Positions 12,980-22,300 are shown, counted from the first letter of the stretch. The stretch: 28,148 nucleotides of DNA from Callorhinchus milii (GCF_018977255.1 NW_024704985.1:62001-90148); one strand, 5' to 3'. Numbers and translations are program-made. The notes: generated from the letters alone by a model not told the origin.

Positions 12980-13609
12980 ATGGGTTACCAAGGTGTTTCG
13001 CTGGTCGAAGCAATTTAATACCCTATTCTTGCTTTTGTTGGCATCCCTGGTAAGTTATCGCTCCGACCAGGAGTTACAGCACTGGCATCACAAGCGAGAG
13101 GATCCAGGTGGCACAGGACAGGGAAAAACCTCAGGCAAGTTTCCTTACTCTACACACACACATTGATACACGCACACGCCTCGGTTTACCATCAGTCAGT
13201 AGAAATCCGTTGGTTCCTGGATTGGCGGAGCACTTTCCAGGGATAATAATCACTTCAAGATCACAATAATGATAATTTAGTCACTTGAATCACGGCTCGA
13301 TTCAAGCGTTATTGATATCGATATTGATTATAATAACAATGATGAAATCATACGTTTGACACAGAACCTCTCACCACGGGAGGAAGCTGCACAGCGCTTC
13401 ACAGCGCTTCACTTTAAAGTGCAGTGACTGCCTGCTTTTTGCTGACAGAGTTTCCTCCACACAATCAGCTGCGAGGTAATCGAGAAGTTTTACCTGTCGG
13501 CCAGGACAGAGAGATAGAGTGATAGGTGGATGCATAGATAGATAGGTGGTTAGATAGACAGGTGGTTAGATAGACAGGTGGATAGATAGACAGGTAGGTG
13601 GATAGATAG

Positions 13610-13704
<95 letters not shown>

Positions 13705-13757
13705 GGTAGCTAGGTAGGTAGGTAGGTAGGTAGGTAGGTCGATCGATCGATCGATCG

Positions 13758-13836
<79 letters not shown>

Positions 13837-15223
13837 GGGGGGGTGGATGGATGGATGGATGGATGAATGAATGGATACATGGATGGATAGGTGGATAGAT
13901 GCATAGATAGAGAGATAGAGAGAGAAATAGAGAGATGGAGAGATGGAGAGAGGGAGAGAGGCACGGACAGTCATAGACAGAGAGATAAAGTGTTAGACAC
14001 AGAAAGAGAAAGACACAGACAGACACACAGTGGCAAAGAGAGAGAGAGACACGAAGGGACAGGCAGAGTGAGCAGAGAGAGGCACAGATGAAGAGAGCTT
14101 TTCTTTATACTTCGATTAATCTCCCATTCCCAGTGCAGACTGCAGATACTCACAGACTCTACGTGACCTTCTTCAGTTCTCAGATAATCCCCAGACCATT
14201 ACAATCAACCCAGTGATTGACTTTGAGCATATGTATGTGAGGGTGAGTGTGTGGAGCCAGTGCAATCCTTTTCCCAATCTCAGTAACCTCTCCGTGTCTC
14301 TTCCTTTCTAATCAGTCAATATGGTGGCCATTTTCGTGCTGTGTCGAGGTGACTGTGGCTTATCGAGGTGCGTCACCCGCTACCTGTCGGCCATGCCCAT
14401 CGCTGACCATCAGGTCTTGGTGACTGACGTGCTGCTGAACCGGTTGAACCGCCTGTAATTCCCCCCGAGTTTCCTCCTCTACCCTCCGGTGTGTAGCCTG
14501 GGGTTAGTCCTAATCGTGGCGTCTCTCAACGCCTCCGTTTGTTTCACCGTCGCCTTTACGGTTGACCGTTGTGCTGCCGTGAGCTGCCAGCGTCTCAGAG
14601 CGAGATATTGCACCGAGAGGACAGCCAACACAGTCCTGCTGATACTCTCCCTCCTCGGCATTGCGGAGGTCATTCCTTGGTACTTTATGTTCCAACCTCT
14701 GCTCGTCATTAACGGGCTGCCGATGCATTGCATTGAACGCCCCACTCTGAGCACCTCACCGACCTGGGCCGCCTTGCGACGTTTCGACCGTCTCGCCAAC
14801 CCGTTGATCCCCATCGTCGCCATATTCCTCCTCAACGGCTTGACGGTCAGGAAGTTGGTGAGCTCCAACAGGGCCAGGAGAAGGCTGAGAGGCGCGAGCG
14901 CAGAGGACAGAGACCCGGAGATAGAGAGCCGCCGGCGGTCCATTGCTCTCGTCTTTGCCATCACCGGGTGCTTCGTGCTGCTGTGGTCGAACAGTGTGGT
15001 ATATTTTCTGGGCTGGTCGCTACAGAACTACAGCTACCTGGCGGGCGGGAGACAACGCCCCCTGTATATTGCACAGCAAACAGGCTTCATGCTGGTGTTG
15101 CTCAGTTGCTGCACCAACATTTTCATCTACGCCGTCACCCAGACTCGCTTCCGCCAGGAGATTAAAAAGGGCGTCGAGGCTTTGCTCGCTCTGACTCCGT
15201 TACACACCTGTCGCCATCAGTAA
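12980..15223 (+). pseudogene. Class A GPCR pseudogene, GPR139/GPR142-like chondrichthyan-expanded family; exons 12980-13049 and 14316-15223
   Basis: Exon 1 MGYQGVSLVEAI*YPILAFVGIP ends at G|gtaagt (13049/13050). Phase-1 splice to the pyrimidine-rich acceptor atcag| (14315/14316) gives VNMVAIFVLCRGDCGLSRCVTRYLSAMPIAD...LNRL*FPPSFL, in frame with ORF 14489-15223. That ORF has TM3 FTVAFTVDRC, YCTERTA, IPWYF, LLNGLTVR, DPEIESRRRSI and TM7 LLSCCTNIFIYAVTQTRFR. In-frame TAA at 13016-13018 and 14456-14458. Confidence 0.9.
13509..14098. repeat. Compound microsatellite (GATA/GA/GACA/GGTA/GATC/TA/GA/GGAT) in the GPCR intron
   Basis: Successive pure tracts are visible at 13600-13870, with degenerate purine-rich flanks. 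Confidence 0.95.
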
Positions 15224-15367
15224 AACGGGAAGGCAGCAAACGCAACAGTTTCGGCGTCTGTCGCCCGTGTTAGTCTGTGTGTCGGTGTGCGCGCCAGACC
15301 GACCCCGAATGTTTGTGTGTCTATGCGCATCCGTGTGTGCATTAGCCCGGATCTGTGTATATTTGTT

Positions 15368-15608
15368 TGGAGCAATGGTTGGAGCACTCGCTTTGCAAGC
15401 CAGAGACCTGGGTTTGATTCCTGGCAGGTCAGGGCGAAATCTTGGGGAAGTTTCCTTACTCCACAGGCCTGACCGCAAGTCCTCATAAAAAACAGTCAAT
15501 TGGTCGCTTCAGTCCACGGCTATTTGTGGGGTCGCTGCTGTGCGCAATTGGCTGCAGCGTTACGCCCACAAATATAGTCAATTGACTTTATATTATAATC
15601 TGTGAAGC
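15368..15608 (+). mobile_element. tRNA-derived SINE copy
   Basis: tggttggagcactcgctttgcaagccagagacctgggtttgattcctggc head, aagtttccttactccaca and gcgcaattggctgcagcgttacgcccacaaat. Confidence 0.85.
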
Positions 15609-15671
15609 ATTAACTCATGTAATTTTACTTCATTCATTTTTTATCAATCATGCACTAACTCGCCCACCATC

Positions 15672-15865
15672 TGTCTCACTCTCTCTCCCGCACTCTCCCC
15701 TCTCTCTCTCCTTCGCTCTCTCCCACCCTCTCAATCTCTACCTCTCTGCGCTTCGCAATGCCCCATCTCTCACTCTCTCTCTCTCTCTCTCCACCCCCTC
15801 TCTCCCCGCCCCACTCGCCCTTTCGCACCTTACTTCCGCCATTTCTCTCTCTCTCTTTCTCTTCA
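15672..15865. repeat. CT-rich low-complexity tract
   Basis: Imperfect (CT)n. Confidence 0.8.
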
Positions 15866-15914
15866 CCGTTGCTATCCACACACTAATTTCCAGCTCAATT
15901 CCCCTACCGCTCTC

Positions 15915-16680
15915 TCTGTTTGTGCAAGACTGTTGTGCGCAATTGGCTGCCGCACACAAATATGCAGTCAGTTCACGTTACACTATGTTCTTGGAAGCGC
16001 TTTGAGTAGTCTAGAAGAAATGAAAAAGCGCTTTGACAAATACAAGGATTATAACCTTGGAGTAACATTGGTGAATGCATTGAAAGATGGAAGCCGCCTC
16101 CACAATTTGAGCAACATATAAGTCAGATTAAATTCCAACAGGTAATAATCATAATTGTTGCGCGAAGTAGCATGCTTCACGTTTTCTGGACGTCTCAACG
16201 CGCTTCACAGAATACATATTAAGTGAATGGATCGTATCTTTTGTAGGTGAAACTTGGCAGCAGATTGCGCAGTGACCCAAAAAAAAAGTCGTGGATTGAA
16301 TGACAAATGGATTACTATTTTTTCTTGAGCGAATATTATCAGGCGTGTGGAGCAACTAAACTTGACCAAGGTTGAGTCTGCTGTTCAGTGGTCAGTGCTC
16401 TTTCCTCGCAAGCAAGAGACGTGGGTTCGTTTGCCCGGAAGGTGAAATAATGGGCAAGTTTCCTTTTTCCACACGCCAACATTTCCTTAGCAACCACTAG
16501 GAGCTTGGGTGTTATTCGATTAACGAATTGCTTATCTGGAGATAATAATCCTTCCAAAAATATAATGGTTTTGTCAATTCAATCCACAACTGTTTATGGG
16601 ACACGGATGTGCGCAATTGGCCTACGCGTATGGCCCACAAAATGCTGTAGCCAATTGTGCACAGCAGCATCCCACAAAGA
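15915..16680. mobile_element. Cluster of SINE fragments in alternating orientation (+ ~15915-16053, - ~16145-16370, + ~16378-16645, - ~16645-16680)
   Basis: Repeated family motifs gcgcaattggc, gaagcgcttt, ggacgtctc and gggcaagtttcc occur on both strands. Confidence 0.75.
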
Positions 16681-17389
16681 TTTCATGCTCGCACTTCCCT
16701 ACTTTACTGACCTAGTAACTTCCAACATCTCCAAAATTAAACCCCAACAGCCTCCGCTCAGCCTTCTCCTGCCTCCTGTTTCTCTCTGACCACCTCGAAT
16801 CCAGCATTGGATCCCGTGCATTTAGTCGCTGCAAATCGAAACTTTGGAATTCTCTACTTTCTTTCTTCTGCATCCCCCACCCCAACCCCGCCCCTGAACA
16901 CCCAACCCCCTCTTCCTCCATACTATCAAATGCTGCCTAAAGACACATTGTTCAGGGTCAGGGACAAAACCAAGGCTAAGACCGTCGAAGGCCAAACGCA
17001 ACCCCAGCCCAGAATCTAAATGAATCCTCCAAACTCATTGACATACATCCTGTTTTGTTATGTGAACTGTTCTGGCGCTCTAGAACGTCCTCCCCACGTG
17101 AAAGACTCCCAACTAACGCAAGTTTGTTGTTGTTTTTTTTTGTTCACCTCCCAACTAAATTAGGTCACCTCCCAACTCGCGCTCCCATGAATTGTTTCCA
17201 GAGTCTGCCACTGTCGTGCGCTCGGATGTTTCCCACTTGAAGAGCACAATACATAAATATTTTTGTTGTTTTGTTTTCGAACATCTTTCTCTCCTTAAGC
17301 TTTTTGCTCAGTCTATCTATCCGTCTAACTCTCTCTCTCTCTAACACACATTATATCAGATCAATCCGAATATCTTCTATGTTCACATA

Positions 17390-17395
17390 TTTAAT
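17390..17395 (-). promoter_or_regulatory. Candidate polyadenylation signal (ATTAAA) of the ubiquitin-like gene
   Basis: ATTAAA on the minus strand ~280 nt downstream of the TGA at 17673. Confidence 0.4.
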
Positions 17396-17672
17396 CCTTA
17401 ATCGTTAATCACGGCACATAACATGCATCGAGAAAATCTCCCAACAGCAAAAGTGTCAAACACAATCTATTATCGGCATCATTAGCAAAACCATGACAGA
17501 GAGGGAGACGGAGTGATCTGGGGAATGGGGTTAGAGAATACAGGTTCAGTGCGGGATACCGAGCACAAGTGCAGAGAGAGAGAGCCGGGAAGAGGCGTTA
17601 GAGCAGAAATCTCCAGTGTGGAGAAAGCGAGCACAAACAGGATGGGGAAGTGAGAGATGCAGTCTCCACACA

Positions 17673-18041
17673 TCAGCCTCCGAGGCACTTGTGCACCACC
17701 GTGACGCAAATGCTGTCCTTCATGGTAATGTCGCAAAGCTTCTTCATTTTCTCCAGCTCCGAAGATTTCCAGTAGAGGATCTGGGATTCTACCGGGATTC
17801 CCATTTCCCGGGATATCGCGTTCTTCAGCTCGTAGACTCTCATATGCATTGGAATCTGCAGAGCCCTCTGCTTCCCCTCGCATGTCTGCACACAGACAGT
17901 GATGTTCGGGAGAGATTTGCGGGCGCTGGAGACCAGCGGGTCAGACACCCCAGGGTGGAGGTGATAGGCCGTCAACTTCACCCCCTCCTGAGGCTTTGGG
18001 GTTTCAGATTGCCTCGCGAGGGCCACACCCACCTCCTGAAA
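17673..18041 (-). CDS. Terminal coding exon of a ubiquitin-like protein with free C-terminal diglycine (UBL domain 17676-17903; FAT10/UBD-like tail)
   Basis: Last 76 aa (ITVCVQTCEGK...GIPVESQILY...LE...LCD...VVHKCLGG*) align without gaps to ubiquitin with 19/76 identities by hand. Preceded by acceptor-like tgttttgttgcccag| (18042/18041). An in-frame ATG also exists at 18101. Confidence 0.8.
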   Translation of the reverse strand, partial: FQEVGVALARQSETPKPQEGVKLTAYHLHPGVSDPLVSSARKSLPNITVCVQTCEGKQRALQIPMHMRVYELKNAISREMGIPVESQILYWKSSELEKMKKLCDITMKDSICVTVVHKCLGG

Positions 18042-18127
18042 CTGGGCAACAAAACAGATCGATAAACACGGATTCTTAACACGCTTTGTTATATACATCA
18101 TATATTATTCATTACTTCAGTAAGACT

Positions 18128-18410
18128 TGTGTCAGCCTGGCTCAGTGGCTGTGTGTCAGCCTGGCTCAATGGCTGTATGTCAGCCTGGCTCAGTGGCTGT
18201 GTGTCAGCCTGGCTCAATGGCTGTATGTCAGCCTGGCTCAATGGCTGTGTGTCAGCCTGGCTCAGTGACTGTGTGACATCCTCACTCAGTGACTGTGTGC
18301 CAGTGTGGATCAGTGACTGTGTCTCAGCGTGGCTCAGTGACTGTGTGTCAGCCTGTCTCAGTGACTGTGTGTCAGCCTGTCTCAGTGACTGTGTGTCAGC
18401 CTGTCTCAGT
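18128..18410. repeat. 24-bp minisatellite, ~12 copies (TGTGTCAGCCTGGCTCAGTGGCTG)
   Basis: Tandem unit is directly visible, with central copies diverged. Lies in the putative last intron of the UBL gene. Confidence 0.95.
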
Positions 18411-18420
18411 TTCTCCCCAG

Positions 18421-18744
18421 TAAGAAGGTAGTTTGTTTGATACGCCCCAGTACACACCTGGGCTCGGAAGCTGCGATGTCTAAGCTGTCCAGCGCTGGAG
18501 CCCGAGACAGAGAGTTTCTCATTGTCAACGAAGTTCAAATTGTTTGACTCCTCGTCCTTGCCCTGCTCAGCGCAAATGTTATAATTCTAATCACTGCATT
18601 TTTAACACTGTTCTCGTCTTTTTTGGACGTCTAAAAGCACTTCTCAGAATGTCTCTGTCTCTCGCACCAGCGCTGGACAGCTCAGACAACGCAGCTTCCG
18701 TTCTCAGGTGTGTACTGGGGCGATTCAAACAAACTGTCTTCTTT
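18421..18744. repeat. Inverted repeat: arms 18421-18520 and 18645-18744, spacer 124 bp
   Basis: Gap-free hand alignment gives 84/100 identity between the right arm and the reverse complement of the left arm. Confidence 0.92.
18458..18562 (-). CDS. Putative penultimate exon of the UBL gene (GKDEESNNLNFVDNEKLSVSGSSAGQLRHRSFRAQ)
   Basis: Donor CAG|GTGTGT at 18458/18457. The frame is open and phase 0, matching the terminal exon. Acceptor gagcag| at 18563/18562 is weak. Confidence 0.4.
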
Positions 18745-19330
18745 CAGAACTCTGCAGCTCGTGTACTGTCCCACAACAGCCTTAGCGACCACATGAATCC
18801 CACCCTCGCTCGCCTGCACTGGCTCCCCATCCCCGAGAGGATCGAATTCAAGATTCTCATCCTCACCTACAAGGCCATTTACGGCCTCACTCCCTCCCAC
18901 CTCTCTGACCTACTATCCCCCTACCTACCTGCCCGTACCCTCCGTTCCTCAGGCTCCGGTCTGCTGCACATCCCCCGCCGTTACCGCCCTACCATCGGTG
19001 GTCGGACCTTCAGCGTCTCCGATCCAAATTTCTGGGACTCCATCCCCCAGTGTCTTCGCGTTGCCGCCACCCTTTCCTCCTTGAAGGCCGGTTCCAAGAC
19101 CTTTCTTTTTGACCGAGCCTTCAGCTCCCCTATCGATTCTCTACCCCTCCTCGCTCTCTCCCTATGCTCCCATCATTCTCAACATATCCCCCCTCCTCGT
19201 TCCCTCCCTTCCCTCCCCTCACCCTGACCATTTCCCCCACTGCTCGTGTCTTGACCCAAATGAACAGCGCCGTGGGACGTCCTCCCGACGTGAAAGGCGC
19301 TCTATAAATGGAATCTTGTTGTTGTTGTTG
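18745..19330 (+). mobile_element. 5'-truncated L2 LINE (ORF2 C-terminus and 3'UTR)
   Basis: QNSAARVLS...LARLHWLPIPERIEFKILILTYKAIYGLTPSHLSDLL...IGGRTFS...KTFLFDRAF. Tail gggacgtcctcccgacgtgaaaggcgctctataaatggaatc(ttg)n. Confidence 0.92.
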
Positions 19331-19572
19331 TACTGTACAGTGAATTGACGATATATTTCATGGACTAAACGCGGCAATCAATTACATACAACAGTGTCCT
19401 ACCAACAGTTATGCATTGAGTGATCAATTATTATTGTTTTTATTTTCTTGAGGGATTATGATTAGGTGTGTGGAGTAAGGAAACTTGCCCAATGTTTCAC
19501 GCTGCTGGGTATCGATTCAACGTCTCTTAATTGCGAGGCAAATTATCTAACCAATGAGCTAACATGGACTAA
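19331..19572 (-). mobile_element. SINE split by the L2 chimera; its 3' remainder lies at ~18590-18650
   Basis: Family sequence ...gcttcacagaatatactgtaaagtgaattgac is broken into ...acttctcagaat (to 18650) and tactgtacagtgaattgac (from 19331). Confidence 0.75.
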
Positions 19573-20119
19573 ATAAATAAAAATAACATGGGCTTCATGA
19601 TAAGCATCTCCCACTCCACTAACTTTAGGAGAATATAATTTCTTTCTCCTTCTCTTTTAGTACTTCTATCACTTTCAACATCTCTTAATTTCTCTTCCTT
19701 TCTCCCTGTGTTTTTCGCTGTGTTACTCTTTCTCTTTTTCTTCTCTCTCTCGATATCTCTTAGTTTCTCGCTCTCAAAATGTCTCCTTCCCAGTTTCCTT
19801 CTCTCTGTGTGTCTCTCTCGCTCAAAGTCTTAGTTTCGCTTTCTCTCTCGCAATCTCTCTCACCTCAATCGCTCCCTGTATCTGTCTCTCTCTCTTAATC
19901 TCTTTCACATTTTCACTCGCTCTCTCTGAGATCATAATTCTCTCCCGCATTCTCTAACTCTCAGATACATTCTGAGTCTATGTCACTCTCTCCCGGTGTC
20001 TCTCTCTCAGTCTCCCGCACATTCTCTCTCTCTCTACCTCTCTCTCACCCTGTTTCAGTCTCTTTCTCTGTCTCTCCCGCAAAACACAGTCACTACACTT
20101 TATAATATATTCACCACCG

Positions 20120-20153
<34 letters not shown>

Positions 20154-20411
20154 GTCTACCACGTTTCTGGTGAACTGGCTGACAGATAAATCAGCTCACT
20201 GAACTAGTGTCTGTTAATTGGTTTTGTCTAGAGGTCTGAAAACGCTTAACAGAACTGTAGAGTGAATTGAATGTATATTTCGTGGCATGAACGCGGCGTC
20301 CAATTGCACACAGCAGTATCCTACAGTTGTGCATTGTGGGGTTTTTGTTCAACTTCTCCCACTCCGCTAACTTCGGGAAAAGCCAGTTTCGCTCTCATTC
20401 TCTTTTAGTAC

Positions 20412-20576
20412 AACAACAAGATTCCATTTATTGAGCGCCTTTTACGTCGGGAGAACGTCCCAAGGCGCTGTACAGTTAGGTCAGGACCCGAGCAGGGGGA
20501 AATGGTCAGGATGAGGGGAGGAAAGGGAGGGAGCGAGGAGGGGGTAGAGAGTCGAGATGGGAGCAGAAGGCACCGG
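20412..20576 (-). mobile_element. Short L2 3' end inserted in the second duplicate only
   Basis: aacaacaagattccatttattgagcgccttttacgtcgggagaacgtccc is the reverse L2 tail. It interrupts tagtac|..ctatca, which is contiguous in the first duplicate. Confidence 0.85.
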
Positions 20577-21580
20577 CTATCATTCTCAGAATCTCTTAGT
20601 ATCTCTCTCTTTCTCGTTGAATTTTGCGCCATGTTTCCATTGGTCAGTTTTTTCTCTTTCAAAACCTTAGTTTCTCCTTCTCAAAATGTCTCTCTCCCAG
20701 TTTCCGTCTCTGTGTGCGTTTCTCTCTCGCTCAAAATCTTAGTGTCTCTATCTCTCGCAGTCTCTCTCACTTCAACAGCTCCCTGTATCTGTCTTTCTCT
20801 TAGTCGCGTGCACATTTTCTCTCGCTCTCTGTGGGATCATAATTCTCTCTCGCAGTCTGTCTCCAACTCAGTTCTGAGTCTCTACCACCTTCCCCCGCTC
20901 TCTCTCTCTCTCTCTCTCTGTCTATCGCATATTTTCCATCTCTCTCTCTCTCTCTCTAACCCCCTCTCGCCCTCTCTCTATCTTTCTCTCGCCTCCTCTG
21001 TCTCTCTCTCTTTCTCTGTCTCTGTGTCTCTCCCGTAAAACACATTCACCGTACTTTATAATATATTTACGCTCTCTCTCTTCTCTCTCTCTCTCTAAAC
21101 CCTCTCTCGCCCCCTCTCAATCTCTGTCTCGCCTCCCCTCTCTCTCTTTCTTTCTCTATCTCTGTCTCTGTGTCTCTCCCGTAAAACATATTCACTACAC
21201 TTTATCATATATTCACGCTCTCTCTTTCTCTCTCAAACTCGCACACTTCTGGTGAGTGCTTGACAGATAAAGCTGCTCACTGGACTGCTGTTGATAGAGC
21301 CGTCACTGTGAGCAGACAGGCGCTGCCAGGTTAAACACACAGTCACCACACTGTACAGTGAGATTCTGCAAATCACTTTGAAATGTCATCAAAGGGACGG
21401 GAAGCGAAGAGTCAAACGTGAGATCATTGTTATTGTTTTGTCCAGTTAAAATTTCTTAGTCATTTCAAAATTTAAACCTTGCCCATGTTAAATTCTTACC
21501 AGATCATATTTGACTGTGCGCTGAAGTGCCGTCATTCTTCTGTCTGTTTCTCTCGCCCTGTCTTTCTCCTTGTCTTACAG

Positions 21581-21679
21581 GCTGCCAATGAGCTTGTGTT
21601 TTATAGCGAAGATAATAATCGGCTCGATACCGGGATTTCTCAACAAAAATACCCTGATGAGCGCAAAATGAAAGAGAAA
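21581..21679 (+). other. Putative exon (99 nt), possibly containing a start codon at 21668
   Basis: Long polypyrimidine tract then ttacag| acceptor; donor AAA|GTGAGT; non-repetitive sequence. Confidence 0.5.
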
Positions 21680-21877
21680 GTGAGTTTATTGGATTACACG
21701 GGTGTGATCTTGTTGCTCAATCTCTCGCCCTCTGGCCTCTGAGTAACAAGGTTCACGCTTTTGAAATCTTAGTTTAGTTTGGATACCCACAAGGATGGTG
21801 ATGGGTTTCCATATATAATAGACACCCGGCTGATCCAACCAACCCACAACAACTCCTAAAATAAATTCTACTTTCAG

Positions 21878-21915
21878 TTCTTACTGGCTGCATGGCTGCT
21901 ACCAGCAACATCCTG
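21878..21915 (+). other. Putative 38-nt exon (FLLAAWLLPATS in phase 0)
   Basis: ctactttcag| acceptor and CTG|GTGAGA donor. Confidence 0.35.
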
Positions 21916-22001
21916 GTGAGATTTCGTAGCAGTTTGAAAAAATCAATGAGTTATATTGTTGAGTTCCCCTTTTAACATCAAACCTCCAATAAGAGAAACC
22001 A

Positions 22002-22300
22002 TAATTATAACAACAATAAGGCTTGCATTTTGATATAGCGCTTTTCACGTCTTCAATACGTCTCAAAGTGCTTCAAAGCATATAACGTAAAGTGAATTGA
22101 CTCTATGTTTTTGGTCAAAATGTGTCAGCGAATTGTGCACAGCAGCGTCCCACAAACTATCGTAGACTGAAGTGACCAATCTATTATTTTGTTTTCTTGA
22201 GATATTATTATCAGTCTTGCGGAGCAAGGAAACGTGACCTGGCGGGAATTATGTGTCTCACTTGCAAATCGAGTGCTAGAACCATTGAGCTGCAGGACTC
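22002..22300 (-). mobile_element. tRNA-derived SINE copy with an internal deletion
   Basis: ttgcattttgatatagcgcttttcacgtc through gagctgcaggactcc is colinear with 2563-2888. Confidence 0.85.

Larger units (their letters stand above)
19331..21290. repeat. Tandem segmental duplication (~19331-20215 versus ~20253-21290), CT-rich; second copy has an internal ~146-bp repeat
   Basis: Shared colinear anchors: tctcccactcc.ctaactt, ttctcttttagtac, tctcaaaatgtctc, gctccctgtatctgtct, gatcataattctct, tcccg.aaaaca...tacactttat.atatattcac, ttctggtga...tgacagataaa...gctcactg. Confidence 0.85.

Noticed and set aside
13465..14153. Several long ORFs (similarly 20502-21038 and 23765-24334)
   Set aside because: Translations of microsatellite or low-complexity DNA.
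13016..14458. Stop-codon recoding of TAA as Tyr in the GPCR
   Set aside because: TAC or TAT to TAA is a single substitution, other disabling changes exist, and the terminal stop is also TAA.
14479..14964. 161-aa antisense ORF over the GPCR
   Set aside because: Shadow ORF of GC-rich coding sequence.
17970..18005. SUMO identity suggested by PKPQEGVK resembling SUMO2 EKPKEGVK
   Set aside because: Only about 13/76 domain identities to SUMO2 as recalled, no QTGG and no F.FDG motif; the short match may be chance.
18128..18410. CRISPR-like array
   Set aside because: Head-to-tail units with no unique spacers, in a vertebrate context.
18544..19227. 227-aa ORF as a host gene
   Set aside because: Chimera of a SINE remnant, the inverted arm and the L2 ORF2 C-terminus; TTG start.
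19830..19845. ISRE-like AGTTTCGCTTTTC upstream of the UBL gene
   Set aside because: Embedded in CT-rich sequence where such matches arise by chance, and the transcription start is unknown.
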